From IMG/VR virus record IMGVR_UViG_3300042691_030776: a stretch of 64,000 bases of DNA. The stretch is one strand, 5' to 3'. The position numbers were made by a program, and so were the translations under genes. Shown here piece by piece: positions 28,201 to 35,249 of the stretch (position 1 is its first letter; each line of letters begins with the position of its first letter). The notes beneath the pieces are model-generated. The model did no database searches. It was given only the letters and a program-made list of their open reading frames with translations, and was not told the DNA's origin. The stretch is from a virus.

Positions 28201-30806
28201 ACACTTACTCGAGCCATGCACCAGAAGAGCTGGTGCCCGGATCAACTTTTGACACACTAGATTTTAGAGTTTACACTCGTCCAGGTGCTGACTGGCAAGG
28301 TGACGGCCATGGATTCAACATCAAGCAGATCAATCTGTTGTATACCAGTACAGATGATACTGTGAGCTTCGCTGAAGTCATGGCACACGCAGTGGCAGTG
28401 CGGGCCGTAAACGTCACAAATCGTATATCGTTGGTTCCTGAAATAGATTATACTGTAGATTGGCCAACCCGCACATTGACCATATTGTCTGGTCCAGATA
28501 CCAGCTTTGATGATATTATCGAAGTCAACGTCTATGGAGTAGGCGGCGGTAGCCAACTGTTCAAGGAAAGTTATCCAGGAAATGTTGTCGGAAACTCACT
28601 GACTATTCCTGTGATCACTGCTGTACCCTGGACAACATTTACAGTGTATCAACAAGGAAGCTATGTTCGTTTCAATGACAATGTATATCGTGTAAACAGA
28701 ACTATCAACAGTGGATCGTCATTTGATTTCTTATTCTACACTATCATTGATGCTGACAGTGTTCTTGAAGAACTGTTAATTTTGGTCAACGGTGAAATCG
28801 TCAACAACTATACTTCAGCGCCAATCAACGGTTACGAAACTAGAATCACATTCAGCAATACCTATGATGCCACAGACTGGGTAGTTGTGACCGCATTGGG
28901 CCCAACAGATCCACAGAAATCTTGGAGCTTCCCTGTAACACAGTATGTTGTTTACGACGGTAGCACAACGGATTACACCTTGGTCAACAGTTTGCAAGGA
29001 ACTAATCCTATTGATTTAATCGTCGAAAGAGGAGGCCAGCGTTTGCGTCCTCCAGAAAGCATTGAATACTTTGGTGATGGTAGTTCCATAGGACCTTTCT
29101 ATCTGCCCACACGTGGCGGAACACCACAAGGGTTGATTGCAGACAATGATGTAGTAGTTTACATCGACGGTGTGTTGTACAACCTTTCTGTGGATTACAC
29201 TGTAAGTCCTTGGGACGGCAGCAGTGATCGTTATGTAGAGTTTGCAACTCCTCCTGCACTGGGTTCAACTATCAAGATCGCAGTGACCACAGATGCAGAT
29301 TATTTGGTCAACGGAGACCAGTTGATATTGAGAGTTGGTGCAGCCACAGGTGCTGTGATTGCGGTGACAACTTGGAACGATACTTCTGAACAAGGCTTGC
29401 TCACACAAGTATTCCAAGGACCTACACAGAGCGGTGTCAGTGTTGGTCAGCCCTATGATGACACAACATTTGACGAAGGCAATGTCACTGGAGATCCAGG
29501 ATCGTTTGACTATGGAACAGGTACTGTTGTATCAAGCAACGACTTTGATACAGGTCGTATAATCACAGATTCGGGACGTCTATGGGTCACATTAGATGGC
29601 TGGCGCTTGGTCGCTGGCGAAGATTACACTGTATCTGGCAGTGTTGTGACCATTGGAGGCAGTATCATTGGTCCAGGACAAGTGGTGGCAATAACATCCT
29701 TTACACAAAGCGTGACACCAGAAGCCATCAGCTTCCGTATCTTCCAGGACATGTTGGGCAATCAACGCATCTATCGTATCACACCAGAAAACAGCACTGT
29801 GCTGACACAGCCGCTGAGCGAAACTGACGACGTGATATATGTGTTCAATGCCAGCGATTTGAGTCAACCTAATCCTACCAATAACATTTTTGGCCAGCTC
29901 ACAATCAACGGCGAAAGAATCACATATCGCAACAGAGACGTGATCAACAACACTGTTTCTGGTCTACGACGCGGCACGGCTGGCACTGCGATAGATTCAC
30001 ACGCAGTGGGTAGCGTGGCCATAGACATTGGATTTGGTGAACTGTTGCCAGCACGTTATCAAAAGAAAACATTGGCCAGTGTTGCCTTGGGCGATGGTGT
30101 CACACAAACTTACAACACAGATATTGGGTATGTCAACGATATTGATGTATACATAGGTGGGTCAGTGAGGTGTTATCTTGGACCCACGCTGGGCACCTTG
30201 GTCGAAATACCTCAAGAAGATTTCACGATCATCAGCGTAGATCCCATAACTGTGCAGTTGGATTTTATTCCTGAGCCCGGCTTGGTATTTCAGTTAGCCT
30301 ATATACCAACTGTGGGATCGCCGTCAGTGCTCAACGTACCAACCACTGGTTCAACCAGCCGCTGGGCCGCACCATTCTCGGCCACAGACTTGGTGTTGCA
30401 ATCCACCGATGATTATCAGATAACAAATCTCAACCCAATCACAGTAGAGTTTAACACTCCTGTGCCAGTCAAGCGTGTGGTGGTGATCAACGATCTAAAC
30501 AGTGACACATTCTTTATCAGTCAAGTTGATGTTGCTACAACAACATTTATAACAGATATTTCTGTGACAAGACCAGTGCAGGTCAAAGTAGGCGGTACGA
30601 CTGTGGCAGATACTACATATACAGTACCATCTGTCAACCCAATCACAGTGACGTTTGATACTGCTCCTGCCAACGGAGTAGAAGTAGAAATATACATCCA
30701 ACAAGCACAAGTAATGTATGCTCAGGGCATTGACACAGCCAGCAATGGCCGCCCACTGCAAGAGCAACCTACCTTGGCTGCTTGGTTTATAGAAGGAAGG
30801 GTATAA
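16224..30806 (+). CDS. Giant virion structural protein (4860 aa; baseplate wedge gp7-like/fibre scaffold)
   Basis: Follows gp6; YIKEVKPYHVKI gp7-like motif; FG-GAP-like propeller repeats, CBM5/12-like W-x5-Y modules and Ig-like beta repeats. Confidence 0.7.
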   Translation: MANTRIRTVDFLPEIFRTATNRQFLSATLDQLVQDPKLKPTQGYIGRRVGPGVNPNDNYVLEPTKTRTDYQLEPGVVFLKPNTNTVETAVTYPGLIDSIKVKGGNVSRQDRLWESEYYSWDPFVDLDKFINFSQYYWLPGGPDSVDVFADPIPLTDDYTVTRNATNYEFSGVPGQNPTITLARQGTYEFNVQQTGHRFWIQAVPGISGTLPQTPNQSSREVLGVINNGDDNGTITFNVPEKSAQNFYYTLADAGSVSFATNIDFDQINNQYVSEFLRNYGGIDGVTDLDGRTVIFLGDSGWFFTGLYDSPGQPYDTVPFDETIEITLDSQKYSVWRITYVYDDPTNPYIKLTVDRPVNNLSRLLIEYGTQYSNISFYKTASGFFERIPLITANLDVLYYQDQDNPALFGLIRLVDNPNTAPIVVQDESIPSVRLINANINDTVLTFTTAIGGALLPGMVLSGGGVTDGTYLVSSLGDNTWLLNQTATGQPNVAQIVDIIGARYYTSPNGVVFSNGLKVQFQGPTVPASYSGNTYYVEGVGASIQLLPVENFITPETYTRSTTVPYDSTPYDATPFDDSLNAPLDTDYLTINRASQDQNAWSRSNRWFHVDIINATAEYNGTVPFLDNRYRAKRPIIEFIANLKLFDYGTEAIAPVNIIDFRETDALSNINGTIGYSVDGYAFANGTRVIFAADIDPEVRNKVYEVQFILPTGSGVPIIDLQPADLNSPDQLYGQNTIITSGITQQGKSFWYNGITWVPAQQKTGVNQAPLFDVFDGNGFSFSDRLVYPGTSFTGTKLFSYAIGEGVTDKVIGQPLKYLTINNVGDIVFDNNLYIDEFTYVEDTITVTEQIGTGFVRQYYSRLEFDKLIGWTTAYTTVTSRQGFSFTYTGDPLVIDVPVNTNSTAVPIKVFVDAIFLTTDNYTYEIKPNNSTVITFINPPPLNSSIEVSIVSDVASPTGFYSVPLNLENNPLNSQVTEVTLGTVRNYYGSICQNLRTFSGIINGQNNTRDLGNLIPYGDTIIQNSAPVTLTALFANNTQYDFFRALEFSAREYEKYKNLVMDAVVKNNFQNMTAAEILDDCMTIINFGKNELSPFYFTDTVPSGETFQETNYTVTPITGNTFDTLYSYNFTEANYRAILVYLNGRQLLGNGIEYTVATDGPRVTIDVPLQLGDVVTLKEYTLTVGNFVPSTPSKLGLYPAYVPEMFIDDTYVDPTPVIRGHDGSITVAYQDIRDEVLLEFEKRIYNNLKLVGNPVPLVYEDVSPGEFRRTDYTPEEITQIMSVSFLAWVGTNKLNYREQEYNANNQFTWNYSSCQSKLNGTELLGAWRGIYNYFYDTDAPNTRPWEMLGISEKPAWWEEQYGPAPYTSGNLVLWEDLEAGRVMDPAGSYIIEKYIRPGLTQVIPSDSEGALLSPFEVVVGEYAPNSFRKSWTVGDDGPVEASWQKSSAWPFAVMRLLALTKPAQFFTYFEDRDVYRFDPTLDEFVYAGRSRSKQSVELEIYGQGAAKHSYVNFIVDYNKLQGRDSTAEIAEALNWIDVRLCYRMAAFSDKQYIKIFTEKSSPNSLNTSLLLPDESYQILLYKNPTMDSLVWSSVVIQKTELGYAVYGYSTTRPYFEILTSIPNGNYRTITVADKSVRVLNDYSNTVVQIPYGYEFIGINSVADFLMSYGAFLTRQGMTFEDQDRGRILNWSQMVQEFMYWSQQGWAPGSLININPAANVLNVVKPGLVAEPLSTVAPEDILLNQNKEPLQSQDYVVERFENDLTLRGINNNTFSYLSAKFTEFEHIIIIDNTSVFNDLIYDPTTGARQSRLLFTGYTTYEWNGSLDAQGFILNQDNIQEWSPNRSYTKGQIVKYKDAYWSAVKIIPPSEKFDFEFWLKSDYAQIQKGLLPNAATKAEQIRGFYNTNQANLERDADLFAFGLIGFRPRRYMQNLNLDDISQVNLYSQFLGVKGTTQATDIFTKANLGKEVAEYEIFENWAIQRSIYGANANRSYYELRLNEADLLGNPSTIEIIEPQQFSEADQTVLVSEIWKQSYPITNTDILPTTFLNATDIQYPSAGYVNWDDADIKLFNFTDLDAIINDIENIYVGTSVWVAKDNAYDWNIYRNNLVLYSVAQVRDNLNGTCTIQFAGQHGLSANQKIVIKYFGQGVDGAYTVISTPSLTTITVALTLGGAVTQITGTGICFVLETMRVRQAADVSTLIYANSLLPGNRAWVDDDGTGHWVVYEKINPFTATPGIVPSEPVISSRFGAAISQGFGGLAALVGAPGYNGDVGAVYTFTKGGTVDYVETGVLTMGAANFVNYGAAVASGGNQWGAIGAGNSWAKQGYAATVNRNTNSGDFIQSQLLTEVPYRLYQVTSTGLATYTPTGVSLTNPDTVSIVVSDVVKVRGVDYNIIGSTVVFLPGKIPTAGLQVNIFNYDEYGYSVAISNDERWLYVGAPAGNRVYAYNRVDVQQQVKNFVGDGVTTDFYVADVIIVDDDSAAGGIGAQQIGVTVNDLPKTAGVDYDYTNGTVVFAAPPNGDDEIRVIRLQSKTFFPTTPTTTFPIEDLYTVTDIYSFSVYVNSVLQRPNMDYSFDSMTKTITFVLAGQTGTILVNSGTYWQYVDYIDGTALGAIASSRFGHSVSSTTDGRQIVIGAPNDTANSKLLAGKVYVIDRSVERFTVTSTSQTEYSTLRTFNGAPSVKVNATYLIPDGFNNNGQFTQVDSDTVDIQVPLNVGDVIEIDTNTFALVESAASEEPTAGANFGSVVQQCPTNCSLYIGQPNDSRIVPEGGSVERFINQARLYGSITSDNQNPTLTPSTTLNPQTVRIQQVDVEVSTPQSWNSAIGWPAGTFVISGLDIYQAIRTVPASISINDTSYWKPSSWVELFANDINLAAKPNSIGLVEVPNVQAIANNGYLTLTIRNSDAAVPFTQLTVLPGAGSAYYDLGFTPQVYAQTVEAPNQLAYAHFGASLSISDDSLTLVVGSPQGTAAKPTTFDNGTTFFDSKSTNFFDLLPESGVAYTYDLLSAANASVTNPSKFVFGAQIYDQDVNSLDNFGTAVSYFNGILLIGSPQDDLGDSVGDYGRISQLNNPTRLAAWDVIYRQKPIVDVKLINSVYMYDRLESKVTQFFDFIDPLQGKILGVARQNIDYIGAVDPAAYNVGTVNNYGDTWNDSHLGEIWWDLSTVRFIDYHQSTIAYESQRWSQVFPGSRVDVYQWIESPVPPAEYSGPGTVFSTTSFVVGSKLNNDGLFTSRYFFWVRGIPEVASRIGKTLSTQAISQYIENPRSSGIPYVAFLGPSTTAIYNGRPYIIAQDTIFHVEFDKIANDDNVHSEYDLIASNNPNSFLVPGLFRKMLDSFCGEDTLGNKVPDPTLSPADRYGVQFRPRQSFFVDRFLALQNYLERANAIMAQFSVSDSRPFNLLNSSEPEPTSASGEWNKRVLDYQELTFQDLSEVPPGYKYLVALDATNDGLWTIYTVVLSLDGIRKELLLSRVQNYDTRLYWEYINWVKPGYNASVKPVAEVTTFSELSRLTLPEGSSALVRRNSFGKFEIYQYLNGVWERVVLEDGTVRIKEEVWNYELGRFGFDVETFDSQRFDQYPAIETRQIIRAINEEILVDEWAIFRNELLLLTFDFILTEQLAPDWLFKTSLIDVNHKIRDLLPYQIFRTDNQDFVLDYIKEVKPYHVKIKEFNLRYDGFDSYDGNITDFDCPAYYDSALQEFEAPALDDSEPPKYSNSVPSTAAIWGEIPWQQWFENYKLLLTGATIIEAGTGYTVPPVVVVTGDAAREARLVARVNTAGQVVELIVLDPGSGYTTTPIITIEGGNGVGARAVAVLESQLVRTITTTLKYDRYNYTSQVVDWQPNTKYTEGQLVRFRDQVYSVNEVDDSVELDSGPIFNPAQYTLVDSATLDAADRVIGLYTPTPNEPGRELAQVMVGIDYPGVQVMGPNFNQNTGYDVGNFDVNPYDNIDYGPEGRPTYSESILDAIYESSFTDTYLGTRITDINVDGGAFIDTYSSHAPEELVPGSTFDTLDFRVYTRPGADWQGDGHGFNIKQINLLYTSTDDTVSFAEVMAHAVAVRAVNVTNRISLVPEIDYTVDWPTRTLTILSGPDTSFDDIIEVNVYGVGGGSQLFKESYPGNVVGNSLTIPVITAVPWTTFTVYQQGSYVRFNDNVYRVNRTINSGSSFDFLFYTIIDADSVLEELLILVNGEIVNNYTSAPINGYETRITFSNTYDATDWVVVTALGPTDPQKSWSFPVTQYVVYDGSTTDYTLVNSLQGTNPIDLIVERGGQRLRPPESIEYFGDGSSIGPFYLPTRGGTPQGLIADNDVVVYIDGVLYNLSVDYTVSPWDGSSDRYVEFATPPALGSTIKIAVTTDADYLVNGDQLILRVGAATGAVIAVTTWNDTSEQGLLTQVFQGPTQSGVSVGQPYDDTTFDEGNVTGDPGSFDYGTGTVVSSNDFDTGRIITDSGRLWVTLDGWRLVAGEDYTVSGSVVTIGGSIIGPGQVVAITSFTQSVTPEAISFRIFQDMLGNQRIYRITPENSTVLTQPLSETDDVIYVFNASDLSQPNPTNNIFGQLTINGERITYRNRDVINNTVSGLRRGTAGTAIDSHAVGSVAIDIGFGELLPARYQKKTLASVALGDGVTQTYNTDIGYVNDIDVYIGGSVRCYLGPTLGTLVEIPQEDFTIISVDPITVQLDFIPEPGLVFQLAYIPTVGSPSVLNVPTTGSTSRWAAPFSATDLVLQSTDDYQITNLNPITVEFNTPVPVKRVVVINDLNSDTFFISQVDVATTTFITDISVTRPVQVKVGGTTVADTTYTVPSVNPITVTFDTAPANGVEVEIYIQQAQVMYAQGIDTASNGRPLQEQPTLAAWFIEGRV

Positions 30807-30979
30807 TGGACGAGCTAAATAGTTCTATGAATGATAAATCCGCACAACAACCCAAAACCGATCCTGTGCAGAAGGCACCGCAGACTCGCCCTAACGAACG
30901 AGCTGGTTTCATGGTAATGGGCCATGTAAAAATCTTCGATCCAAATACCAAAGAAGTGATTGTGGAGACACGAGCATGA
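30806..30979 (+). CDS. Small hypothetical virion-associated protein
   Basis: TAATG coupling to the upstream gene (alternative start 30827 after TAAATA at 30816); C-terminus resembles the N-terminus of the next protein. Confidence 0.65.
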   Translation: MDELNSSMNDKSAQQPKTDPVQKAPQTRPNERAGFMVMGHVKIFDPNTKEVIVETRA

Positions 30980-31578
30980 TGCAGGTACCAGTGAAAATCG
31001 AAGGTTTTGTCAAGATATTTGACCCAAATACCCTAGAAGTATTTGTGGACAAAAAGAATGCCATACACTACGAAAACATTTCAATAAGCATGGCCAACAG
31101 CTTGGCCAACAAGGGAATCGGGCAAATCTACTTGATGAGTTTTGGCAATGGTGGAAGCTCTGTGGACCCCACAGGCGTGATCACTTACCTGCCCCCTAAT
31201 ACTACCGGTCAAAATGCTGACTTGTACAATCCTACCTACAGTAAAGTGGTTGATGATAACTCAGCAGCCAATACCGATCCCAGCAGAAACAATCTCACTG
31301 TGCTACACACCACGGGCACAGTTTATACAGATATTTTGGTAAGCTGTTTGTTAGACTACGGTGAACCCGCAGGACAGCAAGCATTTGATAACTCAACCAA
31401 CTTCAATGGCGAATATGTTTTTGATGAGTTGGGTTTAAAAACCTGGAACGGAAGTCCGACTGATTTACGCTTGATTACACATGTGATTTTTCACCCTGTA
31501 CAAAAGAGCTTGAACCGTCAGATTCAGATAGATTACACAGTGCGTATCCAAACACTGACTAATCTAAGTAGCACATAA
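30976..31578 (+). CDS. Putative baseplate/structural protein (200 aa)
   Basis: Late operon context; FDELGL...LITHVIFHPVQKSLNR..IDYT resembles baseplate-fibre anchor proteins. Confidence 0.55.
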   Translation: MMQVPVKIEGFVKIFDPNTLEVFVDKKNAIHYENISISMANSLANKGIGQIYLMSFGNGGSSVDPTGVITYLPPNTTGQNADLYNPTYSKVVDDNSAANTDPSRNNLTVLHTTGTVYTDILVSCLLDYGEPAGQQAFDNSTNFNGEYVFDELGLKTWNGSPTDLRLITHVIFHPVQKSLNRQIQIDYTVRIQTLTNLSST

Positions 31579-31606
31579 ATATGGATATATTAAGATATCA
31601 TAAATA
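31576..31606 (+). promoter_or_regulatory. Tandem late promoter boxes TAAATA (31576 and 31601)
   Basis: Two TAAATA copies upstream of the fibre gene, which has a GGAG RBS. Confidence 0.6.
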
Positions 31607-31628
31607 TCTCTAAAGCGGAGTAGAACAG

Positions 31629-33065
31629 ATGGCATATACAATCAACCTAACTGATGGTACTATTTTTGCGGTAATCGCGGACGGTACTATTAACACTGAT
31701 TCCAGCATGACCCTGGTGGGCAAGAACTATGCTGGTTACGGTGAATTCTTGGATGAAAACTTCATCCACTTGTTGGAAAACAGTGCTAATACCACTGCAC
31801 CTGGCGACCCACTGATTGGTCAGCTGTGGTGGGACAAGACCAATGATGTTCTCAAGGTCTACACTGGTACCAACTTCAAAGTTATTTCTACTGCGTTGGC
31901 CAGTGCATCTGCCCCAACACAGAGCTTGGTCACAGGTGACCTTTGGTACGACACTGTCAACGCTCAGCTCAAAGTCTTTAATGGTTCTGGCTTCATCCTA
32001 GTTGGTCCAGCGTTTACTGCTGGCACTGGAACATCCGGCGCCATTGTTGACACAGTCACAGATTCATCACCAGGTGCAGATCACGTGGTGGTGAAAGTAT
32101 TTGTCAACAACACCATCGTATCTATTTTCTCCAAGGACGCTACATTTACTCCTGCTGCCGCTTTGTCAGGATTTGCGACCATTGGCCCAGGTCTGAACAT
32201 GAGCACCACAGTGGCTGGTGCAGTGTTCAACGGTACAGCAACCAACGCAGACAATCTTGATGGGTTGACATCGGGCCAGTTCATGCGTTCAGACACAAAT
32301 ACTTCAACCAGCGGTACGTTAAGCATACTCAACGACACTGGCCTGTATGTTGGTGGAGATTCAGACGGTCGTTTGTTTGTACAAGGTACAGATGTATATC
32401 TCCGTAATCAAACATTAGATGGTGACATCTACATCCAAGTCAACGACGGTGGGTCAACAACGTCACCAATCGTGATTGACGGTGCCACCAGCAATGTTAC
32501 AATCCTAAACGGACTCACAGTTGGCGGAACTATTTCGTCAACAGGCGGATCTGTAAACTTTGGCACAGCCGCTGTGTCATTGGGCAGTATTATCAACAAC
32601 AATGCCAACGGAGTTGGCAACATTGGTAGCTCGAGCGGTTACTTTAACACTATATTTGCTAAAGCCACATCAGCAGAATACGCTGACTTGGCAGAACGTT
32701 TTGAAGCAGATGCTGTGTATGCTCCAGGAACTGTTGTGATGCTTGGTGGTGAAAAAGAAATCACTGCCGCAATGGAAGAAGCCACAGACGACGTGTTTGG
32801 TGTTATTAGTACCAGACCAGCTTATACAATGAATGGTGCAGCCGGCGACGATGCCACACATCCTCCAATCGCAATGACAGGCCGCGTGCCAGTGTTGGTC
32901 ATTGGACCGGTTCGCAAAGGTGATCGCTTGATTAGCGCAGGTAACGGGTTGGCCAGGGCGGCTCGCCAGGGTGAAGCTACAGCGTTCAATGTCATAGGAC
33001 GTGCCCTTACATCTAAGATTGCCAATGATGAAGGAACCGTTGAAGCCATTGTGACCATTAACTAA
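31629..33065 (+). CDS. Tail fibre-like protein with C-terminal intramolecular chaperone/autoproteolytic (peptidase G2-like) domain
   Basis: LVGKNYAGYG..ENFIHLLEN and GQLWWD/GDLWYD fibre motifs; C-terminal YADLAERF...GVIST.P...GRVPV...KGDRL. Confidence 0.7.
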   Translation: MAYTINLTDGTIFAVIADGTINTDSSMTLVGKNYAGYGEFLDENFIHLLENSANTTAPGDPLIGQLWWDKTNDVLKVYTGTNFKVISTALASASAPTQSLVTGDLWYDTVNAQLKVFNGSGFILVGPAFTAGTGTSGAIVDTVTDSSPGADHVVVKVFVNNTIVSIFSKDATFTPAAALSGFATIGPGLNMSTTVAGAVFNGTATNADNLDGLTSGQFMRSDTNTSTSGTLSILNDTGLYVGGDSDGRLFVQGTDVYLRNQTLDGDIYIQVNDGGSTTSPIVIDGATSNVTILNGLTVGGTISSTGGSVNFGTAAVSLGSIINNNANGVGNIGSSSGYFNTIFAKATSAEYADLAERFEADAVYAPGTVVMLGGEKEITAAMEEATDDVFGVISTRPAYTMNGAAGDDATHPPIAMTGRVPVLVIGPVRKGDRLISAGNGLARAARQGEATAFNVIGRALTSKIANDEGTVEAIVTIN

Positions 33066-33075
33066 GGATTAAGAC

Positions 33076-34047
33076 ATGGCCTATTCAACCGGATCAGTAA
33101 TATTAGACGACGACTATAACATCTTTGCCACGGGCAATGCCTCGGGCACTGGTGACAACAACGTCGCAAACGTAAACACCGTGTGGGGCATCGGTAACGG
33201 TGACAAAGGATACGGTCAGACCACTCTTCCTGTGCTGAGTGCAGTCACAGCAGGTCAAACGGTGACAGCCACACAATGGTCCACAATGTTGGCTCGGATT
33301 TCTTCAGCAGCCACACACCAAAATTCAAGTATTACTCCAATTTCCAGCCCAGTAGCCGGTGACACTATTAGTGCTTACGCCGCACTGTCAACCAACATCA
33401 CAACAATCTACAACAACAGATTGAACTGTGTTTCCAGTGGAACAAGTATTACTTCAGGCGGTAGTATAAGCAGAACAACCAGCTGGACCAGCAGTGTTTT
33501 ATTCACACAAACTATCACATTTGCATCAGGCGACGCCGCACGTTATTATTTTAATGCAGGCGGCCGTATTACACTAAGCTATAGCCGAACAGGTGGTAGT
33601 GTAAACTCGCAAAACACAGCTATCACAGATTTGTGTACAGCGGTAGGCACGATCACCATCACTGGTGGATCCGGTACTGCTACAATCGCTGGCGGTTCGT
33701 TCACCGGAACCAACAAAACAGGTGGTTCGGGTTCACCAACCATTGCTAGTACAACAGGTTACTACGATCTGACCACTGCCAACGTCCAAGTGTTTACACA
33801 GAGTTCGAGTTCTTACTATGGTTACGAAGGCAACAGTTTGACAATCAACGTTAAGAGCAACGGCACTCAAGGTTCTAACGCAGACACAGGATCAGTGATT
33901 ACAGTGTACACAAACATTGTCAAGTCTGGTGGATTGACCACCGTTGATGGTACGTTGAATTCAACCATGACATTGATACCAAGCGAGTCAACCAATCTTA
34001 CCACAGTGAGTTGGGGGACACCAACTATGAGTGGATCGCAGGCTTAA
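33076..34047 (+). CDS. Ser/Thr/Gly-rich fibre-like structural protein
   Basis: Last gene before the terminator; GYGQ and RYYFNAGG motifs; roughly a third Ser+Thr by eye. Confidence 0.6.
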   Translation: MAYSTGSVILDDDYNIFATGNASGTGDNNVANVNTVWGIGNGDKGYGQTTLPVLSAVTAGQTVTATQWSTMLARISSAATHQNSSITPISSPVAGDTISAYAALSTNITTIYNNRLNCVSSGTSITSGGSISRTTSWTSSVLFTQTITFASGDAARYYFNAGGRITLSYSRTGGSVNSQNTAITDLCTAVGTITITGGSGTATIAGGSFTGTNKTGGSGSPTIASTTGYYDLTTANVQVFTQSSSSYYGYEGNSLTINVKSNGTQGSNADTGSVITVYTNIVKSGGLTTVDGTLNSTMTLIPSESTNLTTVSWGTPTMSGSQA

Positions 34048-34064
34048 TAGAGCAAATCGATTAG

Positions 34065-34094
34065 AAAAAAAGGGCCTCCGGGCCCTTTACTTTT
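34065..34094. terminator. Intrinsic, probably bidirectional, terminator ending the late structural operon
   Basis: AAAGGGCC-TCCG-GGCCCTTT hairpin flanked by an A-run and a T-rich tract. Confidence 0.8.
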
Positions 34095-34114
34095 GGTACA
34101 TACTCTGTTATAAT
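34086..34114 (+). promoter_or_regulatory. Sigma70-type extended -10 promoter of the rightward modification operon
   Basis: TTTACT-N17-TATAAT with TGn, 5 nt before ATG 34120. Confidence 0.7.
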
Positions 34115-34119
34115 GGAGT

Positions 34120-34431
34120 ATGACCTTGGACACTGAAAAACTCACACAAGAAATCAAGAGCCGTTTTGATCACGCTACTCAAAAGAAGCTCTTAAAAGAG
34201 AAATATCAAAGCAAAATGACTTTTGCCTACAGCGGAGGCATGTGGTGTGCAGGAGCCGAACTGCTGACTTTGCTACAGGCCTGCCCCACTGAAGATGCTG
34301 TACTTTTAGATGTGTACGATACTCCAGTTCGAGTCAATGTGCTCGAGCTACAGCATCTAGCACATGATCGCTGGCAAGAACAACTCACGGCTTGGATGAT
34401 AGAGCTAGAAACCCTGAGCAAAAATCGATGA
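34120..34431 (+). CDS. Hypothetical protein (103 aa)
   Basis: First gene after the promoter; ATGA-coupled to the next gene. Confidence 0.75.
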   Translation: MTLDTEKLTQEIKSRFDHATQKKLLKEKYQSKMTFAYSGGMWCAGAELLTLLQACPTEDAVLLDVYDTPVRVNVLELQHLAHDRWQEQLTAWMIELETLSKNR

Positions 34432-35249
34432 CTCGTGGTGCCGTATTATTCGCATTTAACAATGATCGCGTTGACTATGTGAGTCAGGCACAGTGGTCTG
34501 CACCTCGTATCACAAGACATCTTAGATTACCAGTTACCTTGATCACCGATCAAGCACCCAACGATGTGTCAATGTTTGATCAAGTAATCATACGTGAGAG
34601 TCGGTCAGGAGGAACACGCAAGTTTGATCATATGAATGCGGATTCTTCAGCCACCTGGTTCAACAGAGGACGTTGTAGAGCATTCGATGTTAGCCCCTAC
34701 GATGAAACATTGGTACTAGATACTGATTACATTGTAGCATCGGATAGACTGCGGATTTTGTTTGATTGCGAGCAAGATTTGTTATGTCATAGAGAAGTGC
34801 TAGACGTCACAGACCGTAGGAACTTTGCTAGAGATACTAGATTTGGAGAAACAGAGTTTCCAATGTGGTGGGCCACTGTGTTGTATTTCCGACGCACACA
34901 CACCGCAGAATCTGTTTTCGATATGATGAACATGATCGAAGATAACTGGTACCACTATAGTCGTCTTTACAAGTTCAATCAGGAACCTTATCGTAACGAC
35001 TATGCCATCAGCATAGCACTCAACACAGTGTACGGACATTTACCAGCGGCAGTGCCTAGTATTCCGTGGCCGTTGTTCACAAGTTTTTATGATGTGTATC
35101 TGAACCAGCTGGAAGATGACGTGTTTCAACTCAACTATGTACGCATGGTGGACAATCAAGCACGACATTTCCGAATGCTACTGCGTGACTGTGACCTGCA
35201 TGTGATGAACAAACCTGACTTGGGGAAAATCTGTGGCAGTAGAATTTGA
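34428..35249 (+). CDS. GT-A fold glycosyltransferase-like protein (GT8-like)
   Basis: SPYDETLVLDTDY DxD motif, late HVMNK; start moved to the ATGA overlap at 34428. Confidence 0.65.
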   Translation: MTRGAVLFAFNNDRVDYVSQAQWSAPRITRHLRLPVTLITDQAPNDVSMFDQVIIRESRSGGTRKFDHMNADSSATWFNRGRCRAFDVSPYDETLVLDTDYIVASDRLRILFDCEQDLLCHREVLDVTDRRNFARDTRFGETEFPMWWATVLYFRRTHTAESVFDMMNMIEDNWYHYSRLYKFNQEPYRNDYAISIALNTVYGHLPAAVPSIPWPLFTSFYDVYLNQLEDDVFQLNYVRMVDNQARHFRMLLRDCDLHVMNKPDLGKICGSRI

